Shown in pieces: positions 1 through 15,069 of a stretch of 64,000 nt of DNA. The position numbers and the translations under genes are program-made. The stretch's first letter is position 1; every line of letters begins with the position of its first letter. The notes beneath the pieces were generated by a model that saw nothing but the letters and a program-made list of their open reading frames with translations, did no database searches and was not told the origin of the DNA. The DNA comes from Nageia nagi (taxonomy: Eukaryota > Plantae > Pinophyta), in the NCBI GenBank assembly GCA_050084985.1, contig JBITNC010000001.1, forward strand, positions 45,942,001 through 46,006,000, written 5' to 3'.

Positions 1-1113
1 CTATACAAAAATCAAAATTTTGCACATGCCTTTATTTTGACCAACTTTGATAATTTTTAATTTCATATTTTTCATGTAACTTCTATCATATGCACCTATT
101 TTGAATAATAAAAAATAGAAACATAGTTTAGGACTTGAATCGCTTACCAATTTTCTATAAATAATGTTGTTAACTATGTGTATTTAATATAAACAATCAT
201 GAAAAATAGAACATAATCAATTTCACTATTAATACATAATGTAAATATTTAATATCACTATATTTACCATTTGTGACCATCATGCATTGAATCATACGAA
301 AATATCATATTTTGGACACTGTTAACAACTTGGAAATGGCAAAATTAGGTTCTCAAAAAGAAGTTATAGCCAAATAATGTAATTTCATACATTTTTCCCA
401 TATAACTTACCACTTTACAAGCACTATTATTGATATTTCAGGGGTGATCCATTTAAGCTAGGGATTAGTGCAAAATAGAATAAAAGGGAGTTAATTAATG
501 GCATTTGTAAGTTCACTCCTATCATTTTCCTATCTAGTGATCGCTATTGAAACTATGACTACTTCCAACTTAGAGTTGATCTCTTCTCACTACCATTGAT
601 TTCCTAAAATCTCATTACCCTAGTAGTTTGATTTGCTCATTTACTTGTTAAGATGGTAGAATATGGATGATATGTAGTGGAGAGGCCTTTGACTAGGTGT
701 AAAGGACATATTGTTGATTATCTTCACAGTCTCCTTTTGACCATGCACTAAGTTTTTATTTTCATTTTCTTGTTTCCAAATTTACTATATCATACCACTT
801 TGAAATCCTAGGGCTTCCTTCTTCCATTTTACCTCTATTTGTCTTATCAAGGTTGTTTAGCATTTTATTTTTGGTGCTCCTTTGATTTTCATAGCCATTT
901 TTAGTCATTTTAGCTTTTCATGTTCATAGAGCTTTGCAAGGTATAAATTTGAGCTTTTTTATTTGATAAAATCTTATTTTTTTCATCTCATTCATGCTGT
1001 TAGGAAACTTTTACTTGTTTTTTGTTTACTTTCACCTTTAGTACAATTATAGCTTGCTTCTCAAACTACTAATATGAATTAATTTTTTTAATTTTCAAGA
1101 GTGCAAGGTAGCC

Positions 1114-2070
1114 ATGAAGGGTGGAGCCATGTCTACTGCATCATGGAGAAAGCCAGGGAGTGGCCTAGATTAGTTGAGGAGGATGATATCCTCATGAGGT
1201 TAGGATTATATGATCTTACTATTGTTGGTCATGTCCAAGTGACCTCCCTATTCTCATAGCATTAGTTGAGCATTGAGAACACCTTTCACTTGCCCTCAGG
1301 TGAAATGATTTTTACTCGACTTGATGTATACTAGATATGGGATGTGACTATCCATGGGTAGCTGGTTCAATTGGCCAAAGTGTTAATAATAAAGCAAGAT
1401 AGAGATATGAAGGATGGCTCATAAAGAGGAAGATCATGACCAGAAGCATAGGTTCTCCCACTTGCATGAAGCATGTAAGAATGTAGATCCTTTCATACAC
1501 TTGAGACTTCTTGTTACCTCAATTATTGCTATTATAATTTGTAATGTAATATTGTGTAATATTTCTCTTTATGTAAATTCACTTAATAATTAAATTATCT
1601 TTAAATACCTTAAAGCATTAAGAGAATAAAAATAAGAAAGGAAAAAGGGAATTAAATATAGAAATATATTTAACTTTACCCTTGGGTTAGAAATAGGTTA
1701 AAGAGTGAGTTTCTTCTTATAAATAGAGAGGTACCCCCTCTATCATATTGTACAACTTAGAAGAAAGCTTTACTACAGGTTTAGGGTTTGGAGAGAGAGG
1801 AGAGATTCCATAAGAGAGGTCCTTGAGAATAAAAAGATCTTAGTTAGTGGATGTACTCCCAAAAAAGGAGGAACCTACTTTAAATCTTATGTTCATTGTG
1901 AGATTAGTTTGTGTTATTATGCTATTGTGTTGATGTTGTGAGTGTCTTCTTGAGATCTTGGTAGATTAGAAGTTAATTTAGAAAAGTGGTATCAGAGCCA
2001 TTATTGGAGGCTTCTCTTCAACATCCTTTAAGGTCCATTCCTCTTCTTTCTCCATCTACTTTGTTGAGGT
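1114..2070 (+). pseudogene. Plant Mobile Domain (PMD, MAIN/MAIL-like) remnant, interrupted by an LTR insertion at 1540-2000
   Basis: 1250-1358 translates (one frameshift, two stops) as ILIALVEH*/ENTFHLPSGEMIFTRLDVY*IWDVTIHG, matching the PMD core LxxLVERW...TFHLPxGEMTITLxDV..I.GLPIxG. The frame reads IIAII|GGF across the insertion. Confidence 0.8.
1540..2000 (+). mobile_element. Isolated LTR followed by a tRNA-iMet PBS, with no internal region
   Basis: Starts TGTAATG at 1540; TATAAATA ~1718; PBS TGGTATCAGAGCCA 1987-2000. Flanks TAATT (1535-1539) and TTATT (2001-2005). Confidence 0.7.
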
Positions 2071-2386
2071 AAAAAAGGCTTGAAGGTATAATCTTCCTCC
2101 TATCATGTTCTTTGTCAAATTTTGCTTATATTACTAACTATTTTGGTTCTTTAATTATAAAGTATTTTTAGCAAAATTTTTTCAAATTAGATAATATATC
2201 ATTTTATACTAACATTTTAGTTCATTTTTTATGCTATTGCTATGCATTATTTTTTATTAACAATAGTTTGTTAGTTGCAATTTTTTTTAGTAAAATTACT
2301 CAATATGTAGCAATAACATGTTTATTATAAATTTTGAGTAAATTTGCTTAAATATAATAATAATGTGTTATTATAGCTTAAATTTT

Positions 2387-2399
2387 AAGTTTCTACTTC

Positions 2400-2443
<44 letters not shown>

Positions 2444-2893
2444 TTAAAAATATTGCAATTTTTTTACTATAATGCTATTATTACAATTTTTTTTACAATA
2501 CTAATATGTTTGTAAAAATAAAATTGCATGAAAATTACATGTATGCATTTTTAAAAAATATAATACATTCATGCATTTTTTAGAGATATTTAAGTAAGGA
2601 ATGCATCATCTTTTGATTATATTGAGCTAACATGTCTAAAAGATTCAAACAAGTTTCTACTTCGTGTGTATATGTATATATATGGTTAAAAATATTGAAA
2701 TTTTTTTACTATAATGCTATTATTACAATTTTTTTACAATACTAATATGTTTGTAAAAATAAAATTGCATGAAAATTACATGTATGCATTTTTTAAAAAA
2801 TATAATACATTCATGCATTTTTTAGAGATCTTTAAGTAAGGAATGCATCATCTTTTGATTATATTGAGCTAACATGTCTAAAAGATTCAAACA
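2387..2893. repeat. Near-identical tandem duplication (~264 bp + ~243 bp) containing a (TA)n tract
   Basis: AAGTTTCTACTTC...GTCTAAAAGATTCAAAC occurs at 2387-2650 and 2651-2893. Copy 1 has (TA)19 at 2403-2440; copy 2 has a short interrupted tract. Confidence 0.95.
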
Positions 2894-4022
2894 TATCTCC
2901 AGGAGCACTTGTAGGAATATTAGCATTGATAACCCAATTCTTGAAAACATTATAGATAATTTCTCTATGATAACAAGATTTCATGAATATATCATATAAG
3001 CTAATTTTATTGAAAAAATAATGATGATCATAAAAGATTTTAGTCTTACCTCCCTTCTTACCTTGTTGTGCTTGGGCATAATCTTCAATAAGAGAAACCA
3101 TGTTGACCATATTGTTGTATCCTTCATCATTGAATTGTGCTACAATTTCATTATCAGATTCTTCTTTGGTAACATAATTAACTTTATCATTTTATAAAAT
3201 ATGATGTAACTTATTCATTTAAACACACCCATTAGTGGAATTACCTTTAAATTAATGATATAAATAATGATTGTTCTCTTTGTACCAATGGGGCTTCTTT
3301 TCATCTTCACTATGTTCTATTCCCTTTTTTAGGTTATTTTAATCCCTTTGTTAAACAATATTTGAATATTTATGTGGGAGCTATGGGAATCTTATAGAAA
3401 GGTTTCTTTTCTTCTCATGTGTATTTGGTTCCACCATATTTACTTGATGAGTCTCATTTTTTTGGTATGACTTTTTATGATCTTGCTATAAGATGTATAC
3501 TTAAGTTGACTAGATATTAATACAAAAATTTCTTTCTTAATAAACATGTGAATCATATAAATAAATGTAACTCTAACATAACCAATACCTCTTTCACCAA
3601 GAATAGGATTAATGTTATCAAAAAATACCTTTACGATGAATTTCTCATCCATATTTTGGTCTATTGATATCCAAATCTTCACATACCTTTTCCTAAACTT
3701 TTCTAATACTTTGGATTGACCTTTGTTACAATTAATCAAATATATTAAATCAAGAGGTTTCTTAATATTGCATTAGAAGTGCCTTTTGAAATCATCTTTT
3801 AGTTTCTAAAAAATGTAATTGAAGTAGGTGCCAAATTATGAAACCACTTTCTTGCATCACCAATAAAACTCAAAGGAAAATAATTAGCCTTTAACTGATC
3901 ATTGAGTCCACACTTTAGCTCCATGATATACTCATATCTCTAATAAATACCAATTGGATCTCCATTACCATTAAGTTTTTATAATTCAAGATCCTTATAT
4001 ATTCTAGTGAGGATAACATTAT
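2859..4022 (-). pseudogene. Decayed Gypsy (Tat-like) gag; its N-terminal part continues at 9496-~9710 beyond the Copia insertion
   Basis: Gag-like motifs FPLSFIGDARKWF and QSKVLEKFRKRY. The C-terminal ISLYDIFMKSCYHREII resembles the pre-protease MSIF.LL...HRDAL segment of the Ogre element at ~33000. Confidence 0.7.
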
Positions 4023-4603
4023 TGTAGACAACTCAGCATCAGATCCGTTTCACTCCATGTCACCTGGCTGAGGCGTTTTCCTTCCTTTTACACAGTTTAA
4101 CGGGCTGTAATGATTAAAGGCTATGCAGTTGGTGGCTACAGCAAGAATATGCTAAAACTGTTTAATCTGATGAAGTAGTTGGTAACTGACCTGACAATGT
4201 AACATTTATAGTGGATGTGAGCTGTAAATACTTTAATTACAAACCAACTTAAGTAGAGCATGAGAAAAAGGGACTCAAGAATAACTTCAGACGAGCTCCA
4301 GTCTAACTTCAGACGAGCTCCAGAAAAACTTCAGACGGGCTCCAGAAAGCGTCTAGCTCCAGAAAGCGTCTGGCTTCAGAAAGCGTCTAGCTCCAGAAAG
4401 CGTCTGGCTCCAGAAAGCATCTAGCTCCAGAAAGCGTCTAGCTCTAGAAAGCATCTAGCACCAGAAAGCGTCTGTAGTTTGGCTCCAGAAACTGTTTAAA
4501 GGTTTCTGAAATGTTTTGAAGCTCAAGGATTGTAATCTTGCTCCATAGTAATGCAATATGTTATCTGATGTTTCAATATTCTGTAATGGTCCATTTTTCT
4601 TCA
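4023..4603 (+). repeat. 5' LTR of young Copia (581 bp)
   Basis: TGTAGACA...TTCTTCA; differs from the 3' LTR by 2 substitutions and one 1-bp indel by eye. Confidence 0.98.
4283..4474 (+). repeat. Two-tier tandem array in the LTR: about 2.5 x 22-bp AACTTCAGACGAGCTCCAG(TCT/AAA), then 8 x 17-bp GCTCCAGAAAGCGTCT(A/G); same array at 9170-9361
   Basis: Units read directly: 22-mers start at 4283, 4305, 4327; 17-mers start at 4339, 4356, 4373, 4390, 4407, 4424, 4441, 4458. Confidence 0.95.
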
Positions 4604-4605
4604 TT

Positions 4606-4617
4606 TGGTATCAGAGC
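4606..4617 (+). other. Primer-binding site (tRNA-iMet)
   Basis: TGGTATCAGAGC two bases after the LTR-terminal CA. Confidence 0.97.
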
Positions 4618-4710
4618 ATTGTTGGGTCTGAGCTGGGTTTGAGAAAGCCTGTGGCTTCTAGCAATTGCAAAAGTTGCTTGTAGTGTTTTGGTTTCTTGTT
4701 TGCAGGTATA

Positions 4711-7700
4711 ATGGCCAGCAACACAAGCTCATCCATTCCCATTCCAGAGTTTGATGGCAGTGACTATGGATATTGGAGCATCAAGATACAAACTTTGCTC
4801 ACTGGCAAAGATTTGTGGGATGTTGTTGATGATGGCTATGTAGAGCCAGCAGATTGGAGCTCTCTTTCTACAGAAGATAAGAAAGCTATGAAGGAATGTA
4901 GGAGCAAGAACTCTCTTACCTTGTCTCATCTCCAAGCAGCTCTTAATAGGAGCATTTTTCCAAGAATTGCAGGCTGCAAGACAGCCAAAGAGGCTTGGGC
5001 TATGTTGAAGGCAGGATTCCAAGGGAGTGATCAAGTGAAGGAGGTAAAATTGCAAATTATAAGGATAGAATTTGAGAATTTAAAAATGAAGGAGAGTGAA
5101 AAAGCTTCAGATTATTGTGTTAGAGTGAAAGAGATTGTGAACAAAATGCTAACTCTTAGAGAGACCTTGGAGAAGGCCATTGTAATAAAAAAAATTCTGA
5201 GATCTCTTACCAAGAAGTGGCATCACATTGCTGTGATATTGATGGAGACAAAAGACCTCTCTCAAATGGAGATAGATTCTCTCATTGGCTGCCTTATGTC
5301 TCATGAAGAAATGGTTGATGATGAACCAGTCCAATCCAGTAAAGAGGAGAAAGCCTTTGCTGCAAAAGAAGGTGATTCTAGCTCAAATGGACAAGGTAGA
5401 GGCAGAGGTAGAGACCAACAAAGAGGGAGAGGTAGAGGTAGAGGAAGAGGAGGCCATTCCAACACAAGAGGAAGAGGTAGAAGCAATGGTGACAAGAGGA
5501 ATGCTCAATGTTACTACTGCAACAAGTATGGGCATTATGAGAGGGAGTGTAGAGCAAAACAAGCGGCAAATGGTGATGGAAAAGTGGTAAATTTTGGAGA
5601 GGAAGAAGAGTATGATGAAACTCTCTTTCTTTCCATGGAGGAGACAGCCAATATGGCTGAAGCAAAACAAGAGGAGACTTGGTTGTTGGACTCTGGATGT
5701 TCAAACCATATGACTGGTAAGGGGGAGCTACTTTCATCCATGGACCATTCCTACAAGTCAAGTATCAAGCTTGGCAATAATTCTGCAATTGAGGTGGCTG
5801 GTAAAGGCATGCTTGAGGTGCCTACCAAGCATGGGATGAAGAAGATGCACAATGTGTATCACACTCCGGATATGGCTCATAGTTTGTTGAGTATTGGGCA
5901 AATGTTGGAAAATAACTACAAGCTAGTCTTTGATGAGGGTAAGTGTGAAATTTTTGATAAGAACCATGGGCATAAGTTAGTTACTACTGTTAAAATGTCT
6001 CCAAATCATTTATTCCCATTGAAACTTGGAAAAAAGGGGGATAACATTCTTGCAAATGTGGCTGTTAAAGATGAGTCTTGGTTATGGCATCTTAGATTTG
6101 GACATGTAAATTTCAGTAGTTTGAAACTATCTCATAAGCTAGTTCATGGTTTACCTCTTGTTGAAAATCCAAAATCAGTTTGTGAAGGTTGTGTGTTGGC
6201 AAGCAAACAAGGTAGAAATTTGATCATGGGAAAGCATGGAGGGCCTCATTCCCACTACAGTTGGTTCATACTGATTTATGTGGACCAATGCAAAATAAAA
6301 GTCTTGGTATGAGTTCTTATTTTCTCACCTTCATTGATGATTTTAGTAGAATGAGTTGGGTCTATTTTTTGAAGCATAAAGATGAAGCATTTGAGTTTTT
6401 TAAAGAATTCAAAGAGATGGTTGAGAATGAATGTGAACATAAGATTAAATGTGTGAGGAGTGATAGAGGAGGAGAGTATTCTTCTACTGATTTTTCTAAG
6501 TTTTGCAAGCAAAATGGTATCAAAAGACAGTTTACTACAACCTATACTCCTCAACAAAATGGTGTGGCAGAGAGGAAGAATAGAACTCTCATGGAGATGG
6601 CAAGATGTTTGATGCAATCCAAAAAATTGCATTACATGTATTGGGCTGAAGCAGTAAAGACAGCAAACTACATCTTGAATAGGTGTTCCACTAGTGCTGT
6701 TGATGGCAAGACCCCCTATGAGGCTTGGTATGATAAGAAGCCTACTGTCCGGCATTTCAGAGTTTTTGGGTGTTTGGCATATGCTCATGTGCCAAAGGAG
6801 CATAGAAAAAAGTTGGATGCAAAGAGTGAACCATGTGTGTTCATTGGATATAGTGATGAGAGTAAAGCATATAGGCTTTACAACCCCAAAACCAAGAAAA
6901 TGCTTGTCTCCCGGGATGTCATTTTTGAGGAGGGGAAAGTGTATGGACAGCAGCAAAAATGCATTGTAGACATTGGAGGAGGAGTGACCAGCCATGAAGA
7001 TACTTCACAAGCAAAGAATGTGCAGCCCAAGAGATCAAATTCTCTTCCAAACCTCCAAGTGGTGCCTCCAAGTCCTCCATCAAGTCCATGTCAAAGCTCA
7101 AAATCCACTCCAAGCTCACCTTCAAGTGGTGGCTCTCCAAATGTGATCCAAGAAGTGATGAAGACCAAGAGAGGTAAAAGACACTTTCAAAACCATCCTC
7201 CTTCTCAAGTTTTAGATCAAAATTTCCATAAAAGACTATCAAGAAGTCAATTTCATGAAATGGAGAAGTTTGTTAAGCAATTTAGCAATATGGAACTTGA
7301 TGATGATCCAAAGGGTGAGATGGTGAACTATGCTTTGTGTGCAGTCCCAAATACTAATATTTCTTTTTTTGATCCATCTTGTTATGAGGAAGCTTGCACC
7401 AAAAATGTGTGGGTGAAGGCTATGTAAGAGGAGCTTCACTCCATAAACAAAAATGACACTTGGGAACTTTGTGAGTTGCCCAAAGGAAAGAGGTGTGTGG
7501 GCTCCAAGTGGGTCTACAAGACCAAGTACAACAGTGATGGTACCATAGAGAGACACAAAGCAAGATTGGTTGCTAAAGGCTTCACACAAAAACATGGTGT
7601 AGACTTTGAAGATACTTTTGCACCGGTTGCAAGGCAAGAAACAATAAGGTTGCTCCTTTCAATGGCTGCCCAAAACCATTGGAGTGTCTACCACATGGAT

Positions 7701-8987
7701 GTGAAGAGTGCATTCTTGAATGGTTACTTGGATGAAGAGGTTTTTGTACAGCAGCCTCAAGGTTTTCAAGTGCAAGGCAAAGAACATCATGTGTACAAGC
7801 TTAAGAAGGCCCTGTATGGTCTTAAGCAAGCTCCAAGAGCTTGGTACACTCGCATAGATGGATACTTTCAGAATTTTGGACTCATGAGGAGCAAGAATGA
7901 GCCAACACTCTACATCAAGAGAGAAGGTAATCAGATTTTGCTTGTTTCTCTTTATGTTGATGATTTGATATATATGGGAAGTGATCCCATCTTGAACAAC
8001 AAGTTTAAGACTGATTTGATGAATGAGTTTGAAATGAAGGATTTGGGCCTTATGAGGTACTTTCTTGGCATGGAGGTCCACCAATGTCAAGAAGAGATTT
8101 TTGTTTGTCAAAGCAAATATGCAAGGAACATGCTTTCTAAGTATGGTATGATGAATTGTACTGCTGTTCACAATCCTGTAGCTCATGGTGAGTTGCTTTG
8201 TAAGGATGATGGTGCTCCAAAAGCAAGTGTGACAGAATTTAGAAGCATTGTTGGTAGCCTTATGTTCCTTTGCAACACTAGGCCTGATATACAATTTGCT
8301 GTCTCTTTGGTATCTAGATACATGAATGATCCTTCTATTTTGCATTTGAAGGCTGTAAAACGTATTTTGAGGTATGTCAAAGGTACCATTGGTTATGGTC
8401 TTCACTACTCTCATGTTGAAAAGTTTAAGCTTGTTGGTTTTAGTGACAGTGATTGGGGCAGCAATTTGGATGATAGGAAGTCCACTTCTGGGCAATGTTT
8501 CTCACTTGGTTCAGGAATGATAACATGGAGTTCTAAGAAGCAATCTACAGTTGCTCTCTCTTCTTGTGAGGCTGAGTATATAGCCCTCACCGCAGCTAGT
8601 GCACAAGCCTTATGGCTAAGGAAACTACTTGATGAAATTGGTGAGAAACAACATGGACCAACAATTCTTTACTGTGACAACCAAAGTGCCATTCAGTTGG
8701 CACATAATCCCATCCACCACAGCAGGTCAAAGCACTTCCAACTCAAGTACCACTTCATTCGTGACATGGTGGAAAAGAACCAAATTGAGCTTCACTATTG
8801 CAACACCAAGATCAACTTGGCTGATATTTTCACAAAAGGTGTTGTCAAAACTCAGTATGTGATGCTCAGAGACTCCATGGTGAGTCCTCTTTGCATCAAG
8901 GGGGAGAATGTAGACAACTCAGCATCAGATCCGTTTCACATCCATGTCACCTGGCTGAGGCGTTTTCCTTCCTTTTACACAGTTTAA
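4711..8987 (+). pseudogene. Copia gag-pol polyprotein, disabled by a frameshift near 6200, TAG at 6213-6215 and TAA at 7425-7427
   Basis: Zinc knuckle CYYCNKYGHYEREC; protease WLLDSGCSNHM; GAG-pre-integrase LWHLRFGH..CEGC; integrase VHTDLCGP/RSDRGGEY/QQNGVAER; RT LYVDDL; RNase H FSDSDW/EAEY/NLADIFTK. Confidence 0.97.
8898..8908 (+). other. Polypurine tract
   Basis: AAGGGGGAGAA immediately before the 3' LTR TG. Confidence 0.95.
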
Positions 8988-9490
8988 CGGGCTGTAATGA
9001 TTAAAGGCTATGCAGTTGGTGGCTACAGCAAGAATATGCTAAAACTGTTTAATCTGATGAAGTAGTTGGTAACTGACCTGACAACGTAACATTTATAGTG
9101 GATGTGAGCTGTAAATACTTTAATTACAAACCAACTTAAGTAGAGCATGAGAAAAAGGGACTCAAGAATAACTTCAGACGAGCTCCAGTCTAACTTCAGA
9201 CGAGCTCCAGAAAAACTTCAGACGGGCTCCAGAAAGCGTCTAGCTCCAGAAAGCGTCTGGCTTCAGAAAGCGTCTAGCTCCAGAAAGCGTCTGGCTCCAG
9301 AAAGCATCTAGCTCCAGAAAGCGTCTAGCTCTAGAAAGCATCTAGCACCAGAAAGCGTCTGTAGTTTGGCTCCAGAAACTGTTTAAAGGTTTCTGAAATG
9401 TTTTGAAGCTCAAGGATTGTAATCTTGCTCCATAGTAATGCAATCTGTTATCTGATGTTTCAATATTCTGTAATGGTCCATTTTTCTTCA
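8909..9490 (+). repeat. 3' LTR of young Copia (582 bp)
   Basis: Near-identical to 4023-4603 and followed by the TSD ATTAT. Confidence 0.98.
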
Positions 9491-11358
9491 ATTATGAATC
9501 TCCATGCTAAAGGAATTGCCTTTATATTTGGTACGATCAACATCTATGCTAAAGTGTCCTTGAAGTAACTTTACTCTTGTTTCCAACTACTCCATTTTTT
9601 CTAATGTGATATTCAAAGGTGTATTCCTAGCATTGGTGCTAATGTTAGCATGGGCATTGCCCCCAATGTTAGGACTAGCATTATTTTTCTCTAATAATGT
9701 TGCCATTTATGTCACACTTAAAGAAATAGATATCAAATACCTTCAAAATATGACCTTCAAAAATTGACAAAAATATGAAAAAAATTGACCCAAAAAATAT
9801 GCTAATTATGCAAAATATGACCTTCAAAAATCATCAAAATGTCCAATCATGACATATATGTATGTAAGACAAGATTTTCTAAGGTAAAAACACACCAAAC
9901 CAATTAGAATAAGCTTAAAATTTTGAATTTTTCTACAAAAATAATTTCAACCAAAAATCTTAGAAAAATGCATGTAGTACTTTCAATTTCACCTTTAAAA
10001 ACTTTTCTATCATGAATATCTAGGGTTTAGGCAAAATTTTAGATAAAAAAGAACCACCAATCTTCAAAAATTAAGCTAAAAATTTAGGGTTTTATTCAAA
10101 AATTAAATTACCCAAAAATTCTTCAACTCAAAAATCTATGAAAATGCATGCAAATAAACCCAATCACACCTTCTTAAAATTTCCTATCACGAATATATAA
10201 TATTTGGGCAAAGTTCTATGGCACAAATATGCATAAATGTTTTAGAAATTAGGTTCAAAATTGGGGTTTTGACCAAAAATAAAATTCTACAAAATAAAAA
10301 TACCTTCAAATTTTTAAAAATTTAAAAGCAAAAGGGGTTTTAAAATTTGTAAAAAATTAAAACAAACAAAGACAAAACAAAACTCAAGGCTTCCTATAAA
10401 AAATTCCATAAAAAATATAATGCCCTAAAAATGAAAAATGTAGTTTTTTTTTTCAAAAATAAAAATCCAAAGTAGGTTATAGCAACACTTTCCAACCCTA
10501 ATTAAGATATGAAAATGCTATGAAAGGTGGAAAATAATATGTTGAATGTTTTTAGTGACCACTAATATTAAACTAGTTAGAAACTATTCAAAACATTAAT
10601 ATTCAATCATAAGAACAATAATCTAAAGTATACAAAAATGAAAATTACTAAAGAAATACTCAAAATATTGGATCAAGATAACACTAATGCACTAATGAGA
10701 AAGGGATCAAAGGATAGCTACATATCTATACATCATTTCTTGGGAGAAGCTGATTTAATGCAGATTGATTTTATCAAAGGGAGATGATCTTGATGTGCGA
10801 ACCCTATGAACAACAACAACAAGATCATTACATGCATGCACATGAGTGTGAGTGTTAGGTTAAAAATAGCAGCATAGAAGTGCATGGGAGTGTAGATTCT
10901 AAGGTTCCTAATGAGTAGAGTTTACCACCAAGAGTTGATACACAATAAAATATTAATAAGTTGAGTCAAACATATAATTACAAAAGTTGGAGTGATAGAT
11001 ATGCTCAAGTGATAATAAGATCCCAATATCAATAGGAATCTTTTAGAAACACCTAAAAGTAGGTACTAATTATCAAGATGAAATCTTAATGCTTTCCCAT
11101 GTAATCATACTTACCTTTAAATATGAAAGAGTACCTCCATATATAGACTAGCACCAACATTAAGGTACCTTGCACAAATAAAGAAAATATTACATGAGAG
11201 GTGTCTTAAGTTGATCAACATAACATATATGATATAATATCATTAATATATTGAAATGACATAATATTAATGTGATAAAGGTAAAATATGATTAAATGTG
11301 CATGTAAAATTGTATCTAAGAGGGATCATGTTAAGGGGACCACTTTTATGTGCCAACA

Positions 11359-15069
<3,711 letters not shown>

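Larger units (their letters stand above)
4023..9490 (+). mobile_element. Young full-length Ty1/Copia LTR retrotransposon (gag N-terminus Ivana/Oryco-like), 5468 bp
   Basis: TG...CA LTRs at 4023-4603 and 8909-9490; perfect TSD ATTAT (4018-4022, 9491-9495); PBS 4606-4617; PPT 8898-8908; Copia order GAG-PR-INT-RT-RH. Confidence 0.98.
1..11358 (-). mobile_element. Old Ty3/Gypsy Tat-like LTR retrotransposon (gag plus antisense PMD, no pol seen); extends past the left edge of the window
   Basis: The minus strand starts TGTTGGCACATAAAAGTGG at 11358, abutting LINE RT sequence. Putative 5' LTR ~10565-11358 (inner edge approximate). Decayed gag on minus (ANYFPLSFIGDARKWF ~3840-3890; GNGDP ~3955-3975). 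PMD remnant on plus. Confidence 0.6.

Noticed and set aside
4283-4474. LTR array as a CRISPR array or as heat-shock elements (ONSEN-like)
   Set aside because: Units are head-to-tail with no unique spacers and no cas genes, in a eukaryotic context. GAA/TTC spacing does not fit nGAAnnTTCn.
4729-8862. Many antisense and alternate-frame ORFs over the Copia (e.g. 6276-6995, 7659-8495)
   Set aside because: Shadows of the gag-pol coding sequence with no independent motifs.
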